From: Candidatus Woesearchaeota archaeon
Lineage (GTDB): Archaea; Nanobdellota; Nanobdellia; Woesearchaeales; JAGVYJ01
Length of the DNA: 24,479 nucleotides
Direction of reading: 5' to 3'
Assembly (NCBI GenBank): GCA_018303315.1
Contig: JAGVYJ010000031.1
Span: forward strand, 1 to 24,479
The translations under genes and the position numbers were made by a program. The notes below the pieces were generated by a model. It was not told the origin of the DNA, searched no databases, and worked only from the letters and a program-made list of their open reading frames with translations. Shown piece after piece: positions 15,186-23,718 of this stretch (position 1 is the stretch's first letter; each line of letters opens with the position of its first letter).

Positions 15186-16844
15186 TTAACGTAATTTGTT
15201 TTGAATATGTTCGTGTATCATCGACACGTTCAGCTCAAGCGCAACCACAGGCGTGGAAAGCTGCCATGACTCAAGCACCTCAGGCCTTATCTCCCCCATC
15301 ATGGCAAGCATCTTGCCGCCGAGCCTTGCCTCTGCTGCCCTGCCCGGAATGAAGGACATGTGCAGGCTTTCCCTGACAGGAACATCCTCGCCGAGGTTCC
15401 TGCATATCCAGCCAAACACCTGTTTTATGTCAGTAAAAGTCACCTCATTGCCAGCCCACACAAGGGCAAGTTTCTCTGTCTCCCGGACACCGCTCTCAGG
15501 CCCGGAATCCTCAGTAAAGCATCTCCCTATCTCGAACACCTTTTGCGGCAGCTCATTGTGGGTGTTTTCTGACAGCACACCCATCAGGCTTGGCAGCAGC
15601 CAGGAGCGGACAACATCAAAGTTCTCGTTCACTGAGTTGTCTATTGAGATATAGCTTGCCACTGTGTTCATCCTGGAAGTGAGGGACTGGGCATTTGTTA
15701 AATGGTATGTGTTTGCCTCTACAAACCCCAGGCCTATCAGGAAATTAGCCAGCGTGCTCTTGAAGGATTCCATTGCACTCTGCTGCGCAATAGTGGCCAC
15801 CTTCGGTATTACAGGAGTGAAATTCTCATAGCCAAATGCTATCGCTATATCCTCAACAATGTCAAATGGATGGAGTATGTCAGCCCTGTAAGCCGGGATA
15901 ACTGCCTTGCCATTAACATAATTCATGCCCATCCGCTGGAGAAGCTCCTTTATCTCGTGCACCTTCAGTTCGGTGCCAAGCATCCTATTAACATATTCAG
16001 GTTCAACCTTCATCTCGCCGGAGGAAAGCTCGGGGATTATCAGCTTCCTGTCTGCATACCTGACTTCCATGCTGTAAATCTGGCCTCCCATGTCAGCAAG
16101 CGTGGTTGCCAGTATGTTGATTGCAACAGTGAGTGTGTTCAGGTCAGGTCCTGTTGCCTCAAGGAAAACATCCTTTGTTGATTCTGTTATCTTGCCGACA
16201 TCATGGCTGTTGATAATAGGAGGCATGCTCAGCACAGAGCCCTGGCTGTCGATGAACACAGGAAATTCCTTCTGCTCCTCAATTATATGGCCGTATTTCT
16301 TCCCTGTCGGATGCCTGGACAGTATCTGCCTGCCGTTCAGAATCTGGTCGGCTTCCAGAGGCCTGAACTTTATCTGGTCTGGCGGCATCGTCGTGAACTT
16401 TATTGGGAAATGGATTTTGTCAAGCGGATATATCCCTAAACCTCCCTTTTTCCTGTTCCTGCAGAAGGTAACTGCAAGCTTTTCCTGCACCTGGATTATA
16501 TCCCTTATCTTTTCATCATCCAAAGAAAGCCCCTTGACTATGCAGGTCACTGCATAAGGCCACATCTTCAGGGTTTTTTCTACAGTGCAGTGCTCCCCGG
16601 ACTTCTTCACTGCATACTGCCTTATCCCCGGGCTTATGCCCATGAAAGCGGATAGAGCCCTTGCAAATCCCTGCTCGCTCAGCATGTCAGGCCTGTTGGG
16701 AAATATCTCCACTTCTATTTCCTGCTCGTCAATCCTGTCCAGGTCTGAGCCTATCATGAATATCCTTTCCTGGAGCTTGTCCAAGGGAATTTTTTTCCCG
16801 AGGAGCTTCTGCACCATAGCTGTCTTAAAGGTCACTTTGGGCAT
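15186..16844 (-). CDS. pheT: Phenylalanine-tRNA ligase beta subunit
   Basis: EIFPNRPDMLSEQGFARAL, IQVQEKL, SMPPIINS, PAYRADILHPFDIVEDIAIAFGYEN, VRSWLLPSLM, KVFEIG, MGEIRPEVL. Confidence 0.98.
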   Translation of the reverse strand: MPKVTFKTAMVQKLLGKKIPLDKLQERIFMIGSDLDRIDEQEIEVEIFPNRPDMLSEQGFARALSAFMGISPGIRQYAVKKSGEHCTVEKTLKMWPYAVTCIVKGLSLDDEKIRDIIQVQEKLAVTFCRNRKKGGLGIYPLDKIHFPIKFTTMPPDQIKFRPLEADQILNGRQILSRHPTGKKYGHIIEEQKEFPVFIDSQGSVLSMPPIINSHDVGKITESTKDVFLEATGPDLNTLTVAINILATTLADMGGQIYSMEVRYADRKLIIPELSSGEMKVEPEYVNRMLGTELKVHEIKELLQRMGMNYVNGKAVIPAYRADILHPFDIVEDIAIAFGYENFTPVIPKVATIAQQSAMESFKSTLANFLIGLGFVEANTYHLTNAQSLTSRMNTVASYISIDNSVNENFDVVRSWLLPSLMGVLSENTHNELPQKVFEIGRCFTEDSGPESGVRETEKLALVWAGNEVTFTDIKQVFGWICRNLGEDVPVRESLHMSFIPGRAAEARLGGKMLAMMGEIRPEVLESWQLSTPVVALELNVSMIHEHIQNKLR

Positions 16845-16845
16845 T

Positions 16846-18372
16846 TTATTCCAGCCAGAGCCTGGCTTCCCTCGTCTTTTTTATGTCGTTCTTGTACAAA
16901 TCCCTGAGGTCTGTTATTGAGTAGTAAGTGGTTATCACCCTGTCAAAGCCCACTCCCCATGCCAGCACAGGCACAGGCTCGCCAAGCAACGGCTCAACAA
17001 CCTCAGGCCTGAATATGCCTGCCCCTCCAAGCTCGAGCCATTTTTTCTGCACAGGATGGAAAACATCAACTTCCAAGGATAGCTCAGTGTAGGGAAAATA
17101 TGCCGGCCTGAACCTTATCTTTGGATAGCCCATTTTCGTGAAGAATATCTTCAGGTAGCCAAGAAGGTGCTTGAAGTTTACATCCTTGTCCACCACTATT
17201 CCCTCGCTCTGGTTGAATTCAAAAAGATGGCTCCAGTCCAGGGCCTCGTTCCTGAAGCACTTGCCGACAGAAAAATATTTTGCCGGCCATTCCTTAAGCT
17301 TTGCAAGCGTCTGCGCGGACAATACTGTTGTATGCGTCCTTAGCACGTTTTTCTCTGCTTCTTCAGGGCTCCAGTTGTATCGCCAGCCCAGTGAGCCGGT
17401 GTTCCCGCCGTGCTCATGCACTGCCTTCACAGAGGCAACCAGTTTCTTGTCAGGAAGCCTGCCTTTCGCCGGGCTTTTTAGGTAAAAAGTGTCCTGCATT
17501 TCCCTTACTGGATGGTCTTGGGCAGTGAAGAGGGCATCAAAATTCCAGAATCCTGTGCTGACTATCGGGCCTTCCATCTCCTTGAAGCCAAGCTCCAGCC
17601 ATATCTGCCTTGCGTAGGAAACCGCCTGGTTGACAAAATGCCGCTTCCCGGCAAAAATGTCAGGGACAGAGGCCTCGACATCATATCGCCTGAAGCTCTT
17701 TCCCTGGTAGCTTCCTGACTTGATGATTTGGGGAGTGAGCTTCTCCAGGACATCCTGGGCATCTTTCATTTCCGACTTCACTCTCTTCCCGAATTCGGTC
17801 AGGAAAACATTCCTGACCTTAACGGCACTTGACACAACTATGTCCTTCCTCCTCTTCAGGGATTCAAGCACCGGCAGCTCCTTGGCAGAAATTTCTGATA
17901 AAGATAGCGGGAATTGCTTTTTCAGGAAAAGCTCTTCAGGGAAATCCTGCTTCAGCAGCTTTTCCCCTTCCGGAGTGAGTGAGATTTCAAGCTCAGCCTT
18001 GCGCTTTGCCACAATAGCTTTTTTCTGCCTGAGCGCCCCCAATGATATCTGAAGTTCCTGGCTGCTCAGCTTTGTGCTGTCAGAAATTTCCTGGAGCGTG
18101 CCGGGAGTTTGTACTGCCTGCAGGAATCTTCTCTCAGGCAGCCCGGTTTTCCTGTAAAGCTCCCCATTTTTACCTAGCACTATGATATCCTTTACCTGCT
18201 CATCCACATGGACAACTTTCTTGTTCTTCAGCCACATCACAGCCCTGTTTATTTCAACATCCTGCAGGCCGGTTGCCCTTTGTATGGCTCCAATCAGCAT
18301 AGGATTGCTGAGTGCCTTCAGAATCTTCCTTTCATTCAAAGTCAGTGTCTCAGCAACATTCTGCGCATCCAT
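16846..18372 (-). CDS. pheS: Phenylalanine-tRNA ligase alpha subunit (archaeal type with N-terminal DNA-binding-like domains)
   Basis: FWNFDALFTAQDHPVREMQDTFY, VLRTHTT, FRNEALDWSHLFEFNQSEG, RPAYFPYTE, WLELGGAGIFRPE, WGVGFDR. Confidence 0.98.
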   Translation of the reverse strand: MDAQNVAETLTLNERKILKALSNPMLIGAIQRATGLQDVEINRAVMWLKNKKVVHVDEQVKDIIVLGKNGELYRKTGLPERRFLQAVQTPGTLQEISDSTKLSSQELQISLGALRQKKAIVAKRKAELEISLTPEGEKLLKQDFPEELFLKKQFPLSLSEISAKELPVLESLKRRKDIVVSSAVKVRNVFLTEFGKRVKSEMKDAQDVLEKLTPQIIKSGSYQGKSFRRYDVEASVPDIFAGKRHFVNQAVSYARQIWLELGFKEMEGPIVSTGFWNFDALFTAQDHPVREMQDTFYLKSPAKGRLPDKKLVASVKAVHEHGGNTGSLGWRYNWSPEEAEKNVLRTHTTVLSAQTLAKLKEWPAKYFSVGKCFRNEALDWSHLFEFNQSEGIVVDKDVNFKHLLGYLKIFFTKMGYPKIRFRPAYFPYTELSLEVDVFHPVQKKWLELGGAGIFRPEVVEPLLGEPVPVLAWGVGFDRVITTYYSITDLRDLYKNDIKKTREARLWLE

Positions 18373-18394
18373 GCAGCCTGAGAACCAGAGCTTT

Positions 18395-18408
18395 TTTTTA
18401 AAGGTTTG
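18395..18408 (-). promoter_or_regulatory. BRE-TATA promoter for pheS-pheT
   Basis: Minus strand CAAACC-TTTAAAAA, TATA at 18402-18395, 22 nt before ATG 18372. Same CAAACC element as the rpl34e promoter. Confidence 0.6.
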
Positions 18409-18440
18409 TAAGAGAAACCCTAATTGGACATGCCATATAT

Positions 18441-18460
18441 AAAAAGATAAAATAAAAAAA
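18441..18460 (-). terminator. U-rich terminator after the TrmB-family gene
   Basis: Minus strand TTTTTTTATTTTATCTTTTT directly after the stop codon. Confidence 0.55.
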
Positions 18461-19279
18461 TTATTTGATTATTTCTTTCGCAGGCTTCATCTCATTCCAG
18501 GCCATCTCGAACAGGCTTTCCAGTGCAGAGGCGAAGAATGGCGTGTTCACCCACACAGCCATGTCATAGGTAGGGTGGACTTCCTGGTCGTCCATAACCA
18601 TGAATGCCAGTTCCTTCCCGTCTACGATGACAAACCGGGCTTTCGCGTCTGTGTGCCTTACATCGGCAACGCTCCCTATGTCTTTCACAGCCTGCTTGGA
18701 TTCCTTCGTATTTATTGGGGCGGCTATCCTTATCTTCACGCCGCGCTTCTTTATCTTCTCAAAGGTTCCCTTGAGCCCTTCAATCTTTCTGAGGAAGCCT
18801 GGCCCCGTGGTCATTATCGTCACGGATTTCTCTGCGCTCCTTATCATCAGGTCAAGATGGTTGTACAGGTTGTGCCTGCCGCGTATCGAGCCCGACAAAT
18901 CCGACGGCTCAACCAGCTCAACCCCCTGGTTATGCAGGTCATTGAGCTCTTCGAGCACATCAGTGCCCTTCAGTTCGGCGAGGCGCTTTATCTTTGTATC
19001 TGCATCAAAGCGCATGTTTTTCTTGACGCGCTCTACAACCTCTTCCGGAGAAACAGCCAGGTACTTTATCGGCTTGCCGAATTTCATTACAATAAAGCCC
19101 TTTTTTTTCAGGCTCTCCAGCACGTCATAGCTCCTTGATCTTGGGACATTGGCTATGTCGCTTAGCTCCCCTGCTGTCGATACGCCCCTGGAAAGCAGTG
19201 CGGTCCAGATTTTCACTTCGTACAGGTTCAGCGAGAAATAGGTTCTCAGCTTACTCAAAAATTCCTCCTTCACAATCAT
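18461..19279 (-). CDS. TrmB-family transcriptional regulator/chromatin protein (TrmBL2-like)
   Basis: wHTH LNLYEVKIWTALL...TAGELSDIANVPRSRSYDVLESLKKKGF..KPIKYLAVSP, C-terminal PLD-like ARFVIVDGKELAF; strong SD GAGGAGGGGG upstream. Confidence 0.92.
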   Translation of the reverse strand: MIVKEEFLSKLRTYFSLNLYEVKIWTALLSRGVSTAGELSDIANVPRSRSYDVLESLKKKGFIVMKFGKPIKYLAVSPEEVVERVKKNMRFDADTKIKRLAELKGTDVLEELNDLHNQGVELVEPSDLSGSIRGRHNLYNHLDLMIRSAEKSVTIMTTGPGFLRKIEGLKGTFEKIKKRGVKIRIAAPINTKESKQAVKDIGSVADVRHTDAKARFVIVDGKELAFMVMDDQEVHPTYDMAVWVNTPFFASALESLFEMAWNEMKPAKEIIK

Positions 19280-19535
19280 TTATTTCCCCCTCCTCTCGCG
19301 AAACGCATCGAAAAAACCGACCAAACGATAGTAACACCAAACGCTACTTTCTTAAAGCTTGCGCTTCAAGCCACCCCTTTTTGTAAAGTAGCTAATGGGG
19401 TGCTTATATTTAAGCTTTACTCTTCATGCATGCGTTTATCGTCGACAAATGCAGCCAAAAATTGCAACTATCATTCAGATATGAATATTAAGCGTACTTA
19501 CATAATGACATATAGCTAAACTGTATTTGAATAGT

Positions 19536-19551
19536 GGAAAAAGTTTTTAAA
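19536..19551 (+). promoter_or_regulatory. BRE-TATA element upstream of orphan ORF/transcript
   Basis: GGAAAAAG-TTTTTAAA, 25 nt before GTG 19577. Confidence 0.5.
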
Positions 19552-19576
19552 TAAACTGTGCTTTGACTGGCACATA

Positions 19577-19855
19577 GTGAAACTTCCGGACTTTCTGGCT
19601 TGGCCAACGCAAGTAAACCCGCAGGCTGGTTCTTCTGGTGCTCCACAGGGATGCAGCGTTGGTGCATGGGGGCTTGAGAGCGTAACCAATACCTTGATGC
19701 TGCTGGTTGACTGGGATGGCATGCCTCTTGAGACTGCCCAGCGCGGTGTGCAGGAACTTACCCTTCTGCACAACCATCTCACGTTGTGGGAGGAAGAAAA
19801 GTCTCTTCCTGTCGGAACTTTCGTTAGAAACCCTGATTATTATAAGCAGCACTGA
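19577..19855 (+). CDS. Hypothetical 92-aa protein (orphan; could instead be a non-coding transcript)
   Basis: GTG-start ORF at leaderless spacing from a BRE-TATA; GC-richer than its AT-rich flanks; no recognisable motif. Confidence 0.4.
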   Translation: MKLPDFLAWPTQVNPQAGSSGAPQGCSVGAWGLESVTNTLMLLVDWDGMPLETAQRGVQELTLLHNHLTLWEEEKSLPVGTFVRNPDYYKQH

Positions 19856-20051
19856 ATGGTTCTCACATGGACAGATGCTAGCCCGGAATAATTATTTGCA
19901 ATATAGAAGGTAAATAAAGGCATCAGTTTCCACAGGAAATGAAGGGGGCATAGCGTTTCTGAAGATTATTTCTTCATAAATGGGTTTAAAAACCACATTA
20001 TTTATAAAGGCTCGGGTATTCCCCCTTATAAATCATTGGGGGTTAATTGCG

Positions 20052-20609
20052 ATGGTCAAACGCGATATAAAGATTGTAAACATTGTTATTAGCACTTCTT
20101 TGCAGCATGACATTCCATTGGAAAAGATGGCTGCAACTTTAAGCAATACCGAATACAACCCTGAACAGTTCCCAGGGCTTGTGCTCCGCATAAAGGAGCC
20201 TAAGACCTCTGCCCTTATATTCAGTTCAGGCAAGGTCGTGTGCACAGGCGCAAGGACTATGGAGAAGGTAGAGGAATCAATCCAGAAGATAATCAAGAGC
20301 CTGGAGAAGATTGGAATCAGGATAACCATAAAGCCTGAGATAAACGTCCAGAACATTGTTGCCTCCGGCTCAGTGGGCATGGACCTCAACCTTAATGTGC
20401 TTGCCCTTAAGCTCAAGAACGCCGAGTATGAGCCTGAGCAGTTCCCAGGACTTGTATATAAGCTGAGCGAAGGCGGCGTGAAGGCAACATTCCTGCTTTT
20501 CAGCAACGGAAAAGTTGTCTGCACAGGAACAAAGAGCGAGGAACAGGCAAACAAGGCCCTTGACCAGCTTGTTGAGAACCTGAAGAAGGTATTGTCTAAG
20601 AAAAAGTAA
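20052..20609 (+). CDS. tbp: TATA-box-binding protein
   Basis: Two repeats: YNPEQFPGLVLRIKEPKTSALIFSSGKVVCTG and YEPEQFPGLVY...FLLFSNGKVVCTG. ATG 20052 preferred over 19980. Confidence 0.98.
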   Translation: MVKRDIKIVNIVISTSLQHDIPLEKMAATLSNTEYNPEQFPGLVLRIKEPKTSALIFSSGKVVCTGARTMEKVEESIQKIIKSLEKIGIRITIKPEINVQNIVASGSVGMDLNLNVLALKLKNAEYEPEQFPGLVYKLSEGGVKATFLLFSNGKVVCTGTKSEEQANKALDQLVENLKKVLSKKK

Positions 20610-20667
20610 TTTAAAGTAGTAAAGCCATTATTGGCGTTGTGTATGCAGATAGAGGTAGCTATGTAGC

Positions 20668-21141
20668 ATGGGTTTGAAGCTTAACTTGGGCTGTGGTGCC
20701 AACATAATGGAGGGCTGGATGAACGTTGATATAAAGCCGGGCAAGGGAGTTGACAAAATCGTTGACCTTGACAAGGCCTGGCCATGGAAGGACAGCAGTG
20801 TGGATGAGATATACATGAAGCACACTCTGGAGCACCTTGCTGACCAGGTAAAGTCGCTGAAGGAGGCGAAGCGCGTTCTCAGGAAAGGCGGCAAACTGAC
20901 AATCAGGGGCCCTTTCTACAACCACTACTCAGCCTTCGCCGACCCCACGCACAAGAGCAACTGGCTCACTCCTTACAGCTTTTACTGGATTGAACTATAT
21001 GTTGGCGGCTTCAGGCTGGCAAAGAGGCAGTTCCTGAAATCAACGCTGGGGAAGCTCATACCATCCCCTGTACTTGCGCCACTGAGCCTTGTGTTTGGCA
21101 ATTTGGTGCAGGAAATGATATTCGAGCTGGAGAAGATGTAA
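20668..21141 (+). CDS. Class I SAM-dependent methyltransferase (Methyltransf_11-like)
   Basis: Motif I KLNLGCG, WMNVDI, VDLDKAWPWKDSSVDEI, HTLEHL, RVLRKGG, AFADPTH. Confidence 0.9.
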   Translation: MGLKLNLGCGANIMEGWMNVDIKPGKGVDKIVDLDKAWPWKDSSVDEIYMKHTLEHLADQVKSLKEAKRVLRKGGKLTIRGPFYNHYSAFADPTHKSNWLTPYSFYWIELYVGGFRLAKRQFLKSTLGKLIPSPVLAPLSLVFGNLVQEMIFELEKM

Positions 21142-21142
21142 C

Positions 21143-23170
21143 ATGGATGCTGTTCAGATAATAGGCAGGATTGAGGAATTCCTCAGCGGGGAGCTTTACA
21201 GGAGGAAGATTCTGAAGGCAGTGACTAAAGGCAAGAACTTCCTTGTTGTTGATTTTGCCGACCTTGTGAAATTCGACCACGAGCTTGCTGAGATACTTCT
21301 GGAAGATCCTGAAGAGACAATCAAGGCAGCTGAGCTTGCGGTTGAGAACTTCGACTTCCCTGCCGAGGCCAGGAACTTCAGGATACGCTTCAGTAACCTT
21401 CCTGAAAGCCAGCATGTGCTCATCAAGGATATAAGGGCTGAGCACATAGGCAAGTTCCTGACTTTTGACGGCCTTGTAAGGCAGAAGTCTGATGTCAGGC
21501 CGCAGGTCACATCAGTGAGGTTTGAGTGCCCTGCATGCGGCAACATAATCCCTGTTCTCCAGCTTGAGCAGCAGTTCCGCGAGCCGAGCAGGTGCAGCTG
21601 CGGCAGGAAAGGGAAGTTCAGGATTATCAGCAAGGCCCTTGTCGACGCGCAGATGATTGTGCTCGAGGAAGTGCTTGAATTGCTTGAAGGTGGCGAGCAG
21701 CCAAAGAGGATGAACATTTTCCTGAAAGAGGACCTTGTCAGCCCGCTTACTGAAAAGTACACCAACCCGGGAAGCAAGATTCGGGTAACCGGCATAGTCA
21801 AGGAAGTGCAGAAGGTTTTAAGGACAGGCACCAAGAGCACAACCTACGACTTGCTTATTGAGAGCAATTACGTGGTTCCTTTGGAGGAGGACTATTACGA
21901 GACCACGATAAGCCCTGAGGAGGAGCTCCAGATAAAGGAGCTTTCCCAAAACCCGAGGGTTTATGAACTGCTTATTGCTTCAGTTGCACCAAGCATTTTC
22001 GGCTATGACGAGATTAAGGAAGCCTTGCTCCTGCAGCTGATGGGCAGCGTAAGAAAGGAGCGTTCTGACAAGATGTCCACAAGGGGGGATTTGCACATAC
22101 TCCTTGTCGGCGACCCGGGAAGCGGGAAAAGCCAGCTCCTGAAAAGGATAAGCCAGGTTTCCCCGAAAGGAAGGTACATAGGCGGGGGCCGCGGTGTTTC
22201 TGCCGCAGGGCTGACTGCAGCGGTTGTCAGGGATGAGTTCCTCGGCGGCTGGAGCCTTGAGGCCGGTGCACTTGTGCTGACAAACAACGGCCTTTGCTGC
22301 ATTGATGAGATAGACAAGATGACTGTCGAGGACAGGAATGCAATGCACGAGGCACTTGAACAACAAACAGTTTCCATCTCAAAAGCAAATGTGCACGCAA
22401 CACTGAATGCAAGGACTTCTGTGCTTGCCGCGGCAAACCCGAAGTTCGGCAGGTTCGACCCCTTCAGCACCATTGCAGAGCAGATTGACATGCCGCCTAC
22501 TCTCATCAACAGGTTTGACCTCATATTCCCAATAAAAGACCTGCCTGATGAGATAAAGGACGAGAGGGCAGCCAGGCACATACTGCGCCTTCACCAGTCC
22601 CCTGACGTTATCGAGACAGATATATCAACTGCCTTTCTGAAAAAGTATATTGCCTATGCAAGGCAGAATATAAGGCCGGAGATTACTGACGGGGCGCTGC
22701 TGGAAATAAAGGATTTCTATGTCCAGATGCGCAACCAGCAGCTGCAGGATGAAAGGGTGGCAAGGACAATCCCGATTTCACCCAGGCAGCTCGAGGCCCT
22801 TGTCAGGCTCTCAGAGGCCTCTGCAAAGATAAGGCTCGCAGACAAGGTCACCAGAAAAGACTCGAGAAGGGCCATAAAGCTTCTTACCTATTGCCTTTCC
22901 CAGATAGGACGTGATCCGATTACAGGAGCCATTGACATAGACCGTATCACCACAGGCATCCCTGCAAGCCAGAGGGACCGCATCTTCACGGTAAGGGACA
23001 TAATCAACGAACTCGAGCAGAGCATTGGCAAGATAATCCCGATTGATGCCATCCAGAAGGAAGCAGTGAACCGCGGCATGAAGGAAGAGGATGTGGAAGA
23101 GGTTATAGAGAGGCTTAAGAGAACAGGCGACCTTTATGAGCCCAGGAGAGACCATATATCGAGGGTGTAA
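21143..23170 (+). CDS. mcm: MCM replicative helicase (no intein)
   Basis: Zn finger CPACG...CSCG, Walker A GDPGSGKS, GLTAAVVRD, Walker B CCIDEIDKM, HEALEQQTVSISKA, arginine finger NRFD, sensor 2 SPRQLEALVRL, C-terminal wH. Confidence 0.98.
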   Translation: MDAVQIIGRIEEFLSGELYRRKILKAVTKGKNFLVVDFADLVKFDHELAEILLEDPEETIKAAELAVENFDFPAEARNFRIRFSNLPESQHVLIKDIRAEHIGKFLTFDGLVRQKSDVRPQVTSVRFECPACGNIIPVLQLEQQFREPSRCSCGRKGKFRIISKALVDAQMIVLEEVLELLEGGEQPKRMNIFLKEDLVSPLTEKYTNPGSKIRVTGIVKEVQKVLRTGTKSTTYDLLIESNYVVPLEEDYYETTISPEEELQIKELSQNPRVYELLIASVAPSIFGYDEIKEALLLQLMGSVRKERSDKMSTRGDLHILLVGDPGSGKSQLLKRISQVSPKGRYIGGGRGVSAAGLTAAVVRDEFLGGWSLEAGALVLTNNGLCCIDEIDKMTVEDRNAMHEALEQQTVSISKANVHATLNARTSVLAAANPKFGRFDPFSTIAEQIDMPPTLINRFDLIFPIKDLPDEIKDERAARHILRLHQSPDVIETDISTAFLKKYIAYARQNIRPEITDGALLEIKDFYVQMRNQQLQDERVARTIPISPRQLEALVRLSEASAKIRLADKVTRKDSRRAIKLLTYCLSQIGRDPITGAIDIDRITTGIPASQRDRIFTVRDIINELEQSIGKIIPIDAIQKEAVNRGMKEEDVEEVIERLKRTGDLYEPRRDHISRV

Positions 23171-23718
23171 ATGGCTGATACCGCAGTCAAGGTCAGTGTG
23201 AAGAAAATCGAGACAGACAGCTCCCTCAACAAGATAAACATCATGGGCACAGTGGTGAACCAGGCTAGGAGGGAGGAGGGAAACGCCATTGTTGTTGATG
23301 ACGGAAGCTCGGTCATTGATGTGCTGATTTTCGACAATACAGTGAATAATGCACAGGTTGGCGACCTTGTCCAGGTCATCGGCAATGTCGGGACTATAGA
23401 AGGAAAGAAAGTTATAGCCGGCCAGATTGTGAAGAGGCTCGATAACAGGCGCTGGCTTGAGTTGAGGAGGATGTTTCCTCCAGGGATGTATCATCGCAAG
23501 GCAGCAGGATTGCTGAAGAAGCAAAACCGGATGATTCTGGAAGCCCTGCCGAGACAATTCTTGGACTGATAAGGAAGCTGGATTCCGGCAAGGGGGCGAA
23601 CGTGGACCTTGTTGTCAGGGAGTCCCGCATCGAGACTGCAGAGAAATTAATCAATTCACTTCTGGAGGAAGGGGAGATTTTTGAAATCAGGCCGGGAATG
23701 CTGAAAGTTCTGGAATAG
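23171..23718 (+). pseudogene. RPA32-like OB-fold plus winged-helix protein split by a frameshift
   Basis: Frame from 23171 gives the OB fold (INIMGTVV, VVDDGSSVI, GDLVQVIG, WLELRR). The -1 frame, open 23461-23718, gives ...ETILGLIRKLDSGKGANVDLVVRESRIETAEKLINSLLEEGEIFEIRPGMLKVLE*, a winged-helix C-terminus. Confidence 0.78.

Noticed and set aside
19560-19860. RNase P RNA or SRP RNA (CCAGAAAGTCCGGAAG on the minus strand; GCCCGGAA nearby)
   Set aside because: No matching P4 partner (CR-V) at a suitable distance, and the SRP helix-8 stem cannot close around GGAA.
19980-20051. N-terminal extension of TBP given by the ORF track
   Set aside because: The segment contains TATA boxes and is non-conserved-looking; ATG 20052 fits the TBP core and promoter spacing.
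20052-23170. Genome-wide CUY Leu-to-Ser reassignment
   Set aside because: CTT/CTC encode invariant leucines in TBP and MCM motifs within this window.
21143-23170. Intein in MCM (a common insertion host)
   Set aside because: Walker A and flanking motifs are contiguous and the length (675 aa) is that of an intein-free MCM.
14965-23718. Idea that the odd tRNA suppresses the RPA32 frameshift
   Set aside because: No sequence link: the shift window has no run of CUY or UCN codons marking a site, and a deletion or assembly error is simpler.
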